The position numbers and the translations under genes were made by a program. A DNA stretch of 64,000 nucleotides from Mycobacterium sp. GTDB lineage: Bacteria > Actinomycetota > Actinomycetes > Mycobacteriales > Mycobacteriaceae. Below the pieces are notes generated by a model, which saw only the letters and a list, made by a program, of their open reading frames with translations, made no database searches and was not told the origin of the DNA. Of the stretch, positions 9,991 to 19,743 are shown piece after piece. Position 1 is the stretch's first letter. Each line of letters opens with the position of its first letter. Where the stretch lies: assembly GCA_040509115.1 (NCBI GenBank), contig JBEVLO010000095.1; one strand, written 5' to 3'.

Positions 9991-10928
9991 TTCTCGTCGA
10001 GCCACTCGGCGATCGCGGCTACCGCGTCGCGGAAGAAGATCCGGTACGAGCGATCCGCCACGTAGCCGAGGTGAGGGGTGGCCAGCACGTTGGCCATCGT
10101 GCGAAACGGATGATCGACGGGCAATGGTTCGGTGCCGAACACGTCCAGCGCCGCACCTGCGATGGCACCGGTGCGAAGGGCGTCGAGCAGCGCCTCCTCG
10201 TCGACGATCGGTCCGCGTGACGTATTCACCAGCAGGGCGGTCGGTTTCATCGCATCGAGTTCGGCAACGCCGATCAACCCGCGGGATCGGTCACTGAGCT
10301 TGAGGTGAATGGACAGCACGTCGGCGGTGGCGAAGAACTCGTCGCGCGGGACGTAACGCACCCCGGCCGCTTCGGCGGCATCGGCGGTCAGGTTCTGGCT
10401 CCACGCCGTGACGTCCATCCCGAACGCTGCGCCGATCCGTCCCACCCGCGTGCCGATCCGGCCGAGCCCGAGCACCCCGAGCACCCGGCCGTCGAGTTCG
10501 CGGCCCACCGTGGTCTGCCAGCGGCCCTCGGCCATGGCCCGGCTCTCGACGGCGAGATGCCTTGCCGCGCCGAGGATCAACGCCCAAGTCAACTCCACCG
10601 TCGAGGCCACGCTGCCGCCGGTGGATCCGACGTGGATGCCTCGGTCGGCGGCCGCCGCCATGTCGATCGAGGCGTTGGACGGCCCCGTCGACGCGATCAT
10701 CCGCAAGCGTGGCAACCGTTCGATCACGGTGCGTGGCAACGGCGTCCGCTCCCTCATCACGAATACGACGTCGAAAGGTGCCAGGCGCGCCACCAGCTCG
10801 TCCGGGTCGGACACGTGGTCGTCGAACACGGTGACGTCGGCCCGTGAGGTGACGGGCGTCCAGTCCGTCATGGTCATCGCCACGCCCTGGTAGTCGTCGA
10901 TGACGGCGACCTGCGGTCGTACGTTCAC
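9984..10928 (-). CDS. D-isomer-specific 2-hydroxyacid dehydrogenase
   Basis: 'GVLGLGRIG', 'LVNTSRG', 'DVF..EPL', 'TPHLGY'; start GTG 10928 after a GGGAGG RBS. Confidence 0.9.
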   Translation of the reverse strand: MNVRPQVAVIDDYQGVAMTMTDWTPVTSRADVTVFDDHVSDPDELVARLAPFDVVFVMRERTPLPRTVIERLPRLRMIASTGPSNASIDMAAAADRGIHVGSTGGSVASTVELTWALILGAARHLAVESRAMAEGRWQTTVGRELDGRVLGVLGLGRIGTRVGRIGAAFGMDVTAWSQNLTADAAEAAGVRYVPRDEFFATADVLSIHLKLSDRSRGLIGVAELDAMKPTALLVNTSRGPIVDEEALLDALRTGAIAGAALDVFGTEPLPVDHPFRTMANVLATPHLGYVADRSYRIFFRDAVAAIAEWLDENQ

Positions 10929-10984
10929 TAGCCCTCCCGGTGTCCCTCGAACGACAGCCAATGCGCCGACGATAAACTCGCCCG

Positions 10985-11422
10985 ATGCCATTGGTGAGCA
11001 AGACCGTCGAGGTACAAGCCTCCGCCGAGACGATCCTCGCGATCGTCGCCGACTTCGAGTCCTACCCGCAATGGAACGAAGAGGTGAAGGGGGTCTGGGT
11101 CCTGGCGAACTACGACGACGGGCGACCCAGCCAGCTGCGTCTGGACGCCAAGGTCAACGGCTTCGACATCACCTACGTGCAGGCCATCTACTACCCCGGC
11201 GAGAACCAGATCCAGACCGTCATGCAGCAGGGCGACCTCTTCTCCAAGCAGGAGCAGCTGTTCTCGGTGGTGGCCATGGGGCCCTCCACGCTGCTGACCG
11301 TCGACCTCGACGTCGAGGTGACGTTGCCGGTACCCAAGCCGATGGTGAAGAAGATGGTCAACGACGCACTCGATCACCTGGCGGGAAATCTGAAGACGCG
11401 CGCCGAGGAACTGGCCGGCTAG
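10985..11422 (+). CDS. SRPBCC/polyketide cyclase-like protein (Rv0164-like)
   Basis: 'VADFESYPQWN' START-fold motif; position next to mce1R. Confidence 0.85.
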   Translation: MPLVSKTVEVQASAETILAIVADFESYPQWNEEVKGVWVLANYDDGRPSQLRLDAKVNGFDITYVQAIYYPGENQIQTVMQQGDLFSKQEQLFSVVAMGPSTLLTVDLDVEVTLPVPKPMVKKMVNDALDHLAGNLKTRAEELAG

Positions 11423-12099
11423 GTCCAAAGACCCAGCTCGTCGAGCCTGGCCGTGAGTCGGCGGGCGCCGTCGGTGAACTGGGCGTCGGTCAGCCGCACC
11501 GCGCTGTCGACGTCGCGACGCCGTAGCGCCTCGATCAGTTCGCGACGATTGGCCACGGCGTGTGCGCCCCACTGTGGGTCGCTGGCGTAGATGTCCGGCG
11601 GCAGGTACCGCGCCGCATGCAGCAGGAACCAGGCCAGCTTGATGCGGCCGGAGGACCGGTTGAAGGCGCGGTGAAACTCGAACTCCGCGTCGACCACCGC
11701 GGCGGTGTCCTTTCGGCCGATGGCGTCGGCAACCGTGTTCGCCAGCGCCTCGAGCTCGTCGATCTCCTGGTCGGTGATGCGCTCGGCGGCCGACCGCGCC
11801 AGCTGTCGGGCGATGACGGCCTGCAACCAGAAGATGTCCTCGATGTCGTCGCGGGTGAGGGGCGCCACCACGTGTCCCCGGTGGGGCTCGAGCTGGACCA
11901 TCCCCTCCCCGCGCAGCGTCCGTAAGGCCTCGCGGACGGGTGTGATGCTGACCCCCAGTTCGGCGGCGGTCTCGTCGAGTCGGATGAACGTGCCGGGCCG
12001 CAGGGTGCCCGACATGATGCCGACCCGCAGGTGCGCGGCGACCTCGTCGGAAAGCTGCTCACGACGTGCCGCGCGGCGGGGTCTGGTGGGTGCGGTCAC
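11419..12099 (-). CDS. mce1R: GntR-family repressor Mce1R
   Basis: wHTH 'LGVSITPVREALRTL' plus FCD domain; divergent from fadD5; start placed at GTG 12099. Confidence 0.85.
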   Translation of the reverse strand: MTAPTRPRRAARREQLSDEVAAHLRVGIMSGTLRPGTFIRLDETAAELGVSITPVREALRTLRGEGMVQLEPHRGHVVAPLTRDDIEDIFWLQAVIARQLARSAAERITDQEIDELEALANTVADAIGRKDTAAVVDAEFEFHRAFNRSSGRIKLAWFLLHAARYLPPDIYASDPQWGAHAVANRRELIEALRRRDVDSAVRLTDAQFTDGARRLTARLDELGLWT

Positions 12100-12202
12100 G
12101 ACGCTCGATTCCCCCGTAGTCCGTGCTAATTCGTGCGCAGTTCGCGTGCTGGCGAGGGTTGTTCCCGGGCCACCGAGGCCATAGTGTGACCGAGGCAACA
12201 CC

Positions 12203-12218
12203 ATGTTTGATCAAATAT
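12203..12218. promoter_or_regulatory. Palindrome ATGTTTGATCAAATAT, candidate Mce1R operator
   Basis: Perfect TTTGATCAAA core in the AT-rich mce1R-fadD5 divergent spacer. Confidence 0.55.
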
Positions 12219-12268
12219 AAAAATCGCGCAACCCGGCGCCTCGCCAGCCACGCAGGGAGCATCACCCG

Positions 12269-13933
12269 TTGAACGATCAGTCGCTCGAGCAGCCCTACCT
12301 CGCCCGCAGGCAGAACTGGACCACCCAGCTCGCCCGCCATGCCCTGATGCAGCCCACGGCGACGGCACTGCGCTTCCTCGGACGCACGACGACGTGGGGT
12401 GACCTGCAGCGCAGGGTCACCGCCCTGGCAGGCGCGCTGAGCAGGCGCGGCGTCGGCTCCGGGGACCGGGTGCTGATCCTGATGCTCAACCGCACCGAGT
12501 TCATCGAATCGTTCCTCGCCGCGAACCTGCTCGGCGCCATCGCCGTACCGGTGAACTTCCGCATGACGCCCCAGGAGATCGCGTTCCTCGTCAGCGACTG
12601 CGAGGCAAGGGTCGTCATCACCGAGCCGGTGCTCGCCGGGGTCGCCACCGCGGTGCGTGGCCTGGACCCGGCGTTGTCCGACGTGATCGTCGCGGGCGGC
12701 GCCACCGAAGACCTCGCTGGCTCACCCGTCCTCGGCTACGACGACCTGCTGGCCGAGGAGGGCGCCCCGCCTGCGCCCGTGGACATTCCCAACGACGCGC
12801 CAGCCCTGATCATGTACACGTCGGGAACGACGGGACGGCCCAAGGGCGCGGTGCTGACGCACCTCAACCTGGCGGGCCAGGCCATGACGCATCTGTTCAC
12901 CAACGGCGCCGACCTCAATAACGACATCGGTTTCGTCGGCGTCCCGCTGTTCCACATCGCGGGCATCGGCAACACGATCACCGGCCTGCTGCTCGGCAGG
13001 CCGACGGTGATCTACCCGCTTGGCGCGTTCGACCCCGGCGCACTTCTCGACGTCCTGGAGGGTGAGCACGTCACGGGCATCTTCCTGGTTCCCGCACAGT
13101 GGCAGGCGGTCTGCGCGGCGCAGCGCGCGCAACCGCGCGACCTGAGTCTTCGGGTGCTGTCCTGGGGTGCGGCGCCCGCCTCGGACACGCTCCTGCGCGA
13201 CATGGCGGCGACGTTCCCCGGCACGCAGATCCTGGCCGCCTTCGGGCAGACCGAGATGTCACCGGTCACGTGCATGTTGCTCGGCGACGATGCAATCCGG
13301 AAGCTCGGCTCGGTGGGCAAGGTCATCCCGACCGTCGCCGCCCGCGTCGTCGACGAGGACATGAACGACGTGCCCGTCGGCCAGGTCGGCGAGATCGTGT
13401 ATCGCGCACCGACGCTGATGGCGGGTTACTGGAACAACCCCAAGGCCACCGCCGAGGCGTTTGCGGGCGGCTGGTTTCACTCCGGGGATCTGGTTCGCCA
13501 GGACGACGAGGGCTACGTCTGGGTGGTCGACCGCAAGAAGGACATGATCATCTCCGGCGGGGAGAACATCTACTGCGCCGAAGTCGAGAACGCGTTGGCT
13601 GCGCACCCCGCCATCGGAGAGGTGGCGGTGATCGGTCGACCCGACCCCAAATGGGGTGAGGTGCCCGTCGCCATCGTCGCCCCGGTCGCCGTCTCGACTC
13701 CGACGGTTGCGTCGGCGGGCCTGACCCTCCAAGATCTAGACGAATTCCTCAACGAGCGGCTCGCGCGTTACAAGCATCCCAAGGCACTGGAGGTCGTCGA
13801 TGCACTGCCTCGCAACCCGGCAGGCAAAGTCCTGAAGACGGAACTGAGGGTGCGGTACGGCGGGACCAATTCCGTTGACGCCAGCGAAAGTTCTTCTGCT
13901 CCAACGGTTTCAACCCGCTCGGCGAAGGGCTGA
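12269..13933 (+). CDS. fadD5: Fatty-acid-CoA ligase FadD5
   Basis: 'YTSGTTGRPKG', 'FGQTEM', 'WFHSGD', 'DRKKDMIISGGENIY'; directly upstream of yrbE1A. Confidence 0.93.
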   Translation: MNDQSLEQPYLARRQNWTTQLARHALMQPTATALRFLGRTTTWGDLQRRVTALAGALSRRGVGSGDRVLILMLNRTEFIESFLAANLLGAIAVPVNFRMTPQEIAFLVSDCEARVVITEPVLAGVATAVRGLDPALSDVIVAGGATEDLAGSPVLGYDDLLAEEGAPPAPVDIPNDAPALIMYTSGTTGRPKGAVLTHLNLAGQAMTHLFTNGADLNNDIGFVGVPLFHIAGIGNTITGLLLGRPTVIYPLGAFDPGALLDVLEGEHVTGIFLVPAQWQAVCAAQRAQPRDLSLRVLSWGAAPASDTLLRDMAATFPGTQILAAFGQTEMSPVTCMLLGDDAIRKLGSVGKVIPTVAARVVDEDMNDVPVGQVGEIVYRAPTLMAGYWNNPKATAEAFAGGWFHSGDLVRQDDEGYVWVVDRKKDMIISGGENIYCAEVENALAAHPAIGEVAVIGRPDPKWGEVPVAIVAPVAVSTPTVASAGLTLQDLDEFLNERLARYKHPKALEVVDALPRNPAGKVLKTELRVRYGGTNSVDASESSSAPTVSTRSAKG

Positions 13934-14199
13934 CCTGCGCCGATGTGTTTGCCACCAGTTGCCTCGTCAATCCTGCCGATGCGGTGCCCCGGCCAGGATC
14001 GATCGGGTACAGTCCTGTGGTCCGCCTTACTACCGCTCAGTAGGGAGACGGTCATCACGCGTACGGAGCTCGGGCAAGGAGGAGGCGTGCGACAGGTTCT
14101 GCCGTGGCGCCTCGAGGGGCGAGCGCAGCGACGGGGGAAGTGCAGTGATCGTGGCTTCGTCGCAGACGACGGCCCGGGTGACGTGGTGAGGTCTCACCG

Positions 14200-15000
14200 G
14201 TGACGGCGCAGACGCCAGGTCTTTTCGACTACGTCCGCGATCAGGTACGGCCAGGGCTGGAGGCCGTCGGCGGCTTCGTCAAGATGTGCGTGCTGACCGG
14301 CAAGGCAACCTTCCGCAGGCCCTTTCAGTGGCGTGAGTTCATCCTGCAGGGCTGGTTCCTCATGCGGGTGGCCTTCCTGCCGACCGTCGCGGTCTCGGTA
14401 CCGCTGACGGTCCTCATCATCTTCACCCTCAACATCCTTCTCGCCGAGTTCGGCGCCGCCGACGTTTCGGGCGCAGGCGCGGCACTCGGAGCGGTCACCC
14501 AGCTCGGTCCCCTGGTAACCGTGCTCGTGGTCGCCGGCGCGGGCTCGACCGCCATTTGCGCGGACCTCGGCGCCCGAACCATCCGCGAGGAGATCGACGC
14601 CCTAGAAGTGCTCGGGATCGACCCGATCCACCGCCTCGTCGTTCCCCGCGTCATCGCCTCGACGTTCGTCGCGCTGCTTCTCAACGGCGCCGTCATCACC
14701 ATCGGTCTCGTCGGTGGCTTCATCTTCGGCGTCTACGTGCAGAACGTGTCCGCAGGCGCCTACGTCTCGACGCTGACCTTGGTGACGGGGCTGCCCGAGG
14801 TGCTCATCTCCGTCGTGAAGGCCCTGACCTTCGGTCTCATCGCAGGCCTGGTCGGCTGCTACCGCGGCCTGACCGTCGCCGGCGGCGCCAAGGGCGTCGG
14901 CACCGCGGTGAACGAGACACTGGTCCTCTGCGTCATCGCGCTGTTCGCCGTCAACGTCATCCTGACGACCATCGGCGTTCGATTCGGAACGGGGCGCTGA
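14200..15000 (+). CDS. yrbE1A: Mce1 permease YrbE1A
   Basis: MlaE motif 'ADLGARTIREEIDALEVLGIDP'. Confidence 0.95.
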   Translation: MTAQTPGLFDYVRDQVRPGLEAVGGFVKMCVLTGKATFRRPFQWREFILQGWFLMRVAFLPTVAVSVPLTVLIIFTLNILLAEFGAADVSGAGAALGAVTQLGPLVTVLVVAGAGSTAICADLGARTIREEIDALEVLGIDPIHRLVVPRVIASTFVALLLNGAVITIGLVGGFIFGVYVQNVSAGAYVSTLTLVTGLPEVLISVVKALTFGLIAGLVGCYRGLTVAGGAKGVGTAVNETLVLCVIALFAVNVILTTIGVRFGTGR

Positions 15001-15001
15001 C

Positions 15002-15871
15002 GTGTCGACATCAGCAGTAGTCAAGTCCCGATTCCCCAGGGCTGCAGCGCGGGGAGCAAAGCTCGCCAGTTCGCCAGTCCGCTTCCTGGACAGCATCGGC
15101 CACATCGCGTGGTTCGTCGTCACCGCGGTCGGCTCCATCGGCCACGCCTTTCGGTTCTACCGCAAGGAGATGCTGCGGCTGGTCGCCGAGATCGGCATGG
15201 GCACCGGCGCGATGGCCGTCATCGGCGGCACCGTCGCCATCGTCGGCTTCGTCACCCTGTCGGGCGGCTCGCTCATCGCGATCCAGGGCTTCGCCTCCCT
15301 CGGCAACATCGGCGTCGAGGCGTTCACCGGCTTCTTCGCCGCGCTGGTCAACGTGCGCATCGCCGCCCCGGTCGTCGCGGGCCAGGCCCTCGCCGCCACG
15401 GTCGGCGCAGGCGCGACGGCCGAACTCGGCGCCATGCGCATCAGCGAGGAGATCGACGCCCTCGAGGTGATGGGCATCAAGTCCATCTCGTATCTGGTGT
15501 CCACCCGGCTGATGGCCGGCTTCGTGGTCATCATCCCGCTGTACGCGATGGCGATCATCATGTCGTTCCTGTCGGCCCAGGTCACCACGACGCTGTTCTA
15601 CGGACAGTCGACCGGTACCTACGAGCACTACTTCCAGACGTTCCTCCGGCCCGACGACGTCGCGTGGTCGTTCGTGCAGGCGATCATCATCTCGGTCATC
15701 GTCATGCTGAATCACTGCTACTACGGCTTCTACGCCAGTGGTGGCCCGGTCGGCGTCGGCGAGGCCGTCGGTCGCTCGATGCGGGCCTCGCTGATCGCCA
15801 TCGTCGTGGTGGTCCTCCTGGCCTCGTTGGCGCTCTACGGCACCGACCCCAACTTCAACCTGACGGTGTAG
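15002..15871 (+). CDS. yrbE1B: Mce1 permease YrbE1B
   Basis: 'AELGAMRISEEIDALEVMGI', 'GGPVGVGEAVGRSMR'. Confidence 0.95.
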   Translation: MSTSAVVKSRFPRAAARGAKLASSPVRFLDSIGHIAWFVVTAVGSIGHAFRFYRKEMLRLVAEIGMGTGAMAVIGGTVAIVGFVTLSGGSLIAIQGFASLGNIGVEAFTGFFAALVNVRIAAPVVAGQALAATVGAGATAELGAMRISEEIDALEVMGIKSISYLVSTRLMAGFVVIIPLYAMAIIMSFLSAQVTTTLFYGQSTGTYEHYFQTFLRPDDVAWSFVQAIIISVIVMLNHCYYGFYASGGPVGVGEAVGRSMRASLIAIVVVVLLASLALYGTDPNFNLTV

Positions 15872-15875
15872 CGCC

Positions 15876-17108
15876 ATGACAGCTGCCAACCAGGTGCAAT
15901 CACCGGTCAACAAGCCTCGGACCCCTCCGTTCAAGGTGGCGGGCCTGGTGCTCCTCGTCGTCGTGGCGATCGTTCTCACGCTCGTCGGGTTGCAGTTCCG
16001 GGGGTACTTCGCCAACCCCGAGAAACTGACGCTGATCGCCGAGCGGTCGGGCCTCTCGATGGACCCGGGCTCGAAGGTCACGTTCAACGGCGTCGAGATC
16101 GGCCGCGTCGCCGACATCGTCGAGGTCGAGAAGGACGGCGTGCCGATGGCTCAGGTCACGCTCGACGTCAACCGCAAGTTCGTCAGCCTCATCCCGCAGG
16201 ACGTCAACGCGGAGATCAAGGCCAGCACCGTGTTCGGCAACAAGTACGTTGCCTTCGCCTCGCCGCAGGCGACGCAGCCGAGCCAGCCCATCAATCCGGC
16301 CATCGCGATCGAGGGATCGCACGTGACCACGGAGTTCAACACGCTGTTCGAGACGGTGGTCTCGGTGGCCCAGCAGGTCGACCCGGTCAAGCTGAACGAG
16401 ACGTTGACCGCGACGGCTCAGGCGCTCGATGGGCTCGGCACCCGGTTCGGCGAGTCGATCGAGAACGGCAACGCGATCCTCGCCGACGTCAACCCGCTGA
16501 TGCCGAGGATCCGCGAGGACAACCAACGGCTGGCAGACCTGGCCGACGTGTACGCCAACGCTTCCCCCGATCTGTTCGACGGCCTCAACAACGCCGTCAC
16601 CACCGCCAAGACGCTCAACGAGCAGCAGAAGAACATCGACCAGGCCCTGATGGCTTCCGTCGGGTTCGGCAACACCGCCGGTGACGTCTTCGAGCGCAGC
16701 GGCCCGTACCTGGTCCGCGGCGCCAAGGACCTGGTGCCGACCAGCGCCCTGCTCGACGAGTACAGCCCCATGCTGTTCTGCACCATCCGCAATTACCACG
16801 ACGTGAACCCGAAGATCGCCTCGTCACTCGGTGGCAACGGCTACTCGCTGAACACGCACTCGGAGATCCTGGGTGCGGGCAACCCCTACGTCTATCCCGA
16901 CAACCTGCCCCGGGTGAACGCCAGCGGCGGCCCCGAGGGTCGGCCGGGCTGCTGGCAACCGGTCACGCGCGACCTGTGGCCGATGCCCTACCTGGTGATG
17001 GACACCGGCGCCAGCATCGCGCCGTACAACCACATCGGGTTCGGTCAACCGTTCGCCATCGAATACGTCTGGGGACGCCAAATCGGGGAGAACACGATCA
17101 ACCCATGA
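15876..17108 (+). CDS. mce1A: MCE-family protein Mce1A
   Basis: N-terminal TM, MlaD domain 'GSKVTFNGVEIGRV', C-terminal 'WGRQIGENTINP'. Confidence 0.92.
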   Translation: MTAANQVQSPVNKPRTPPFKVAGLVLLVVVAIVLTLVGLQFRGYFANPEKLTLIAERSGLSMDPGSKVTFNGVEIGRVADIVEVEKDGVPMAQVTLDVNRKFVSLIPQDVNAEIKASTVFGNKYVAFASPQATQPSQPINPAIAIEGSHVTTEFNTLFETVVSVAQQVDPVKLNETLTATAQALDGLGTRFGESIENGNAILADVNPLMPRIREDNQRLADLADVYANASPDLFDGLNNAVTTAKTLNEQQKNIDQALMASVGFGNTAGDVFERSGPYLVRGAKDLVPTSALLDEYSPMLFCTIRNYHDVNPKIASSLGGNGYSLNTHSEILGAGNPYVYPDNLPRVNASGGPEGRPGCWQPVTRDLWPMPYLVMDTGASIAPYNHIGFGQPFAIEYVWGRQIGENTINP

Positions 17109-18136
17109 GAATCACCGGTACAGCGATCAAGCTCGGCGCCTTGTCTCTGGTGCTGTTGCTGTTCACCGCGGTCATCATCGTGGTGTTCGGGCAGATGCGG
17201 TTCGACCGCACCACGGGATACTCCGCGATCTTCAAGAACGTCAGTGGGCTGCGGGCGGGCCAGTTCGTTCGCGCCTCCGGCGTCGAGGTCGGCAAGGTCG
17301 AGAAGGTCGAACTCGTCAACGGCGGCAACGAGGTTCAGGTCGACTTCAACGTCGACCGGTCGTTGCAACTCTTCCAGGGCACCACGGCCTCGGTCCGGTA
17401 CCTCAACCTCATCGGCGATCGGTACTTGGAGCTCAAGCGCGGTGAGGACAACGCCGTGCTCCCCGCCGGCGGGACCATCCCGAACAGCAGGACCGAGCCT
17501 GCGCTCGACCTCGACGCGCTGATCGGTGGATTCCGGCCGCTGTTCCAGTCGCTGGACGCCGACAAGGTCAACAACATCGCCCAATCGATCATCACGATCT
17601 TCCAGGGCCAGGGCGGCACCATCAACGACATCCTCGACCAGACCGCGTCCCTGACCTCGGCGCTGGCCGACAGGGATCAGGCCATCGGCGAGGTGGTGAA
17701 CAACCTCAACACCGTGCTGGCGACCACCGTCAAGCATCAGCAGCAGTTCGACGAGACGCTGCAGAACTTCGAGACCCTGGTCACCAGCCTGAAGAACCGG
17801 GCCGATCCGATCGCCAACTCGGTCGCCGACATCAGCGACGCCGCGGGCTCGGTCGCCGACCTGCTCGGTGACAACCGGCCGCTGTTACAGCGGACGGTGA
17901 CCAGCCTGGAGATCCTCCAGCAGCCCCTCGTCGATCAGCGGGCGGAGGTCAACAGCACTCTGATCCAGATTCCCAACGCGCTCAAGATCATTGGACGTGC
18001 GGGCGGTGTGTACGGCGACTTCTTCAACTTCTACGCGTGCGACGTCACGCTGAAGCTGAACGGCTTGCAGCCCGGCGGCCCGGTCCGCACGGTCAAGGTC
18101 TGGTCGCAGCCATCGGGTAGGTGCACGCCGCAATGA
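17105..18136 (+). CDS. mce1B: MCE-family protein Mce1B
   Basis: ATGA-coupled start; 'SGLRAGQFVRASGVEVG', 'LDLDALIGGFRPLF'. Confidence 0.92.
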   Translation: MRITGTAIKLGALSLVLLLFTAVIIVVFGQMRFDRTTGYSAIFKNVSGLRAGQFVRASGVEVGKVEKVELVNGGNEVQVDFNVDRSLQLFQGTTASVRYLNLIGDRYLELKRGEDNAVLPAGGTIPNSRTEPALDLDALIGGFRPLFQSLDADKVNNIAQSIITIFQGQGGTINDILDQTASLTSALADRDQAIGEVVNNLNTVLATTVKHQQQFDETLQNFETLVTSLKNRADPIANSVADISDAAGSVADLLGDNRPLLQRTVTSLEILQQPLVDQRAEVNSTLIQIPNALKIIGRAGGVYGDFFNFYACDVTLKLNGLQPGGPVRTVKVWSQPSGRCTPQ

Positions 18137-19731
18137 GGACACTCGAGGGCGACAACCGGATCCGCAACGGGTTGATGGGCATCATCATCCTGGTGCTGGT
18201 CATCGGTGTGGGCCAGAGCTTCGCCAGCGTGCCGATGATCTTCGCGGCGCCCAAGTTCTACGCCCAGTTCTCCGATACCGGCGGACTCAACCCTGGCGAC
18301 AAGGTGCGGATCGCCGGCGTCGACGTCGGCGAGATCCGTTCGTTCGACATCCAGGGCGACAAGGTGGTGATCGGGTACACGCTCGACGGCACCACCATCG
18401 GCACCGACAGTCGCGCCAACATCCGCACCGACACGATCCTCGGCCGGAAGAACCTCGAGATCGAGCCGAAGGGCTCGACTGCGTTGGCCGCCAACGGAAT
18501 TCTGCCGCTCGGTCAGACCACGACGCCCTACCAGATCTACGACGCCTTCCTCGACGTCAGCAATGCGACGCAGGGGTGGGACACCCAGAGCGTGAAGCAG
18601 TCGCTGAACGTGTTGTCCGAGACCATCGATCAGACCTACCCGCATCTGAGTGCGGCGCTGGATGGTGTTGCCAGGTTCTCCGACACGATCGGCAAGCGCG
18701 ACGAGGACATCAAGCAGCTGCTGGCCAACGCGAACAAGATCGCAGGCGTGCTCGGCAGCCGCAGCGAGCAGATCAACCAGCTGCTGGTCAACGCGCAGAC
18801 CCTGCTGGGGGCCATCAACGAGCGGTCGTACGCCGTGAGTCAGCTGCTCGAACGCGTCGGCGACTTCTCCGCGCAGGTAAAGGGCTTCATCGACGACAAC
18901 CCGAACCTGAACAAGGTTCTGACGCAGCTCAATACGATCAGCGACGTGCTGGTAGCCAGGAAGTACGACCTGGTCGACACGTTGACCACGCTGGCCAAGT
19001 TCACCGCGTCGCTGGCCGAGGCGCTCGCCTCGGGTCCGTACTTCAAGGTCATGCTCGTCAACCTGTTGCCGTACTGGATCATTCAGCCCTGGGTCGACGC
19101 CGCCTTCAAGAAGCGCGGCATCGATCCCGAGGAGTTCTGGCGCAACTCGGGGCTGCCCGAGTTCCGGTACCCGGACCCGAACGGTCAGCGTCAGGCGAAC
19201 GGCGCGCCGCCGCCCGCACCCACACCGCTCGAGGGCACCGCAGAGCATCCGGGCCCCGCCGTGATCGCCGGCTCGCCGTGCTCGTACGCACCGGGGCCCG
19301 GCAACTTCCCGACGCCGGGCAACCCGTTGCCGTGCACGCAGGCCGAGAATGGACCGTTCGGCCCGAACCCGTACGGGGCCAACAACTATGGGCCGCCCGA
19401 CGTCCTCGGGCTCCCTCCTGACCCGAACGCTCCGCCGCCGGCACCGGGGGTGCCGAGCGCCGCGTTCCCCGGCGAGTTCTCCCCGCCCGTCCAGGGCACC
19501 CCGCCGCCCCCGTTCGTTCCTGGCCCGCCGGGAGCCAGGACGGTGCCCCCCACGGATGGTCCGTCGGACCCGTACATCGCCCCCGGATCGCTGCAGGGTG
19601 ACGGCACCTCGCCACCGCCACCCGCGCTCGTCGGACCGATTCCGCCGCCAGGACCTGGGCCTCAGGTCGGTGGCGCAGGCGTGCCGCTGCCCGGCAATCC
19701 GCCGTTCCTCCCGCCCGGATCACAGGGATAG
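18133..19731 (+). CDS. mce1C: MCE-family protein Mce1C
   Basis: ATGA-coupled start; 'GDKVRIAGVDVG'; Pro-rich C-terminus. Confidence 0.92.
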   Translation: MRTLEGDNRIRNGLMGIIILVLVIGVGQSFASVPMIFAAPKFYAQFSDTGGLNPGDKVRIAGVDVGEIRSFDIQGDKVVIGYTLDGTTIGTDSRANIRTDTILGRKNLEIEPKGSTALAANGILPLGQTTTPYQIYDAFLDVSNATQGWDTQSVKQSLNVLSETIDQTYPHLSAALDGVARFSDTIGKRDEDIKQLLANANKIAGVLGSRSEQINQLLVNAQTLLGAINERSYAVSQLLERVGDFSAQVKGFIDDNPNLNKVLTQLNTISDVLVARKYDLVDTLTTLAKFTASLAEALASGPYFKVMLVNLLPYWIIQPWVDAAFKKRGIDPEEFWRNSGLPEFRYPDPNGQRQANGAPPPAPTPLEGTAEHPGPAVIAGSPCSYAPGPGNFPTPGNPLPCTQAENGPFGPNPYGANNYGPPDVLGLPPDPNAPPPAPGVPSAAFPGEFSPPVQGTPPPPFVPGPPGARTVPPTDGPSDPYIAPGSLQGDGTSPPPPALVGPIPPPGPGPQVGGAGVPLPGNPPFLPPGSQG

Positions 19732-19743
19732 GGGCCAGCAGAC

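Noticed and set aside
13931-13943. MIRU-like start TGACCTGCGCCGA at the fadD5 stop
   Set aside because: Only 13 bp match and the rest of a MIRU unit is absent; at most a relic.
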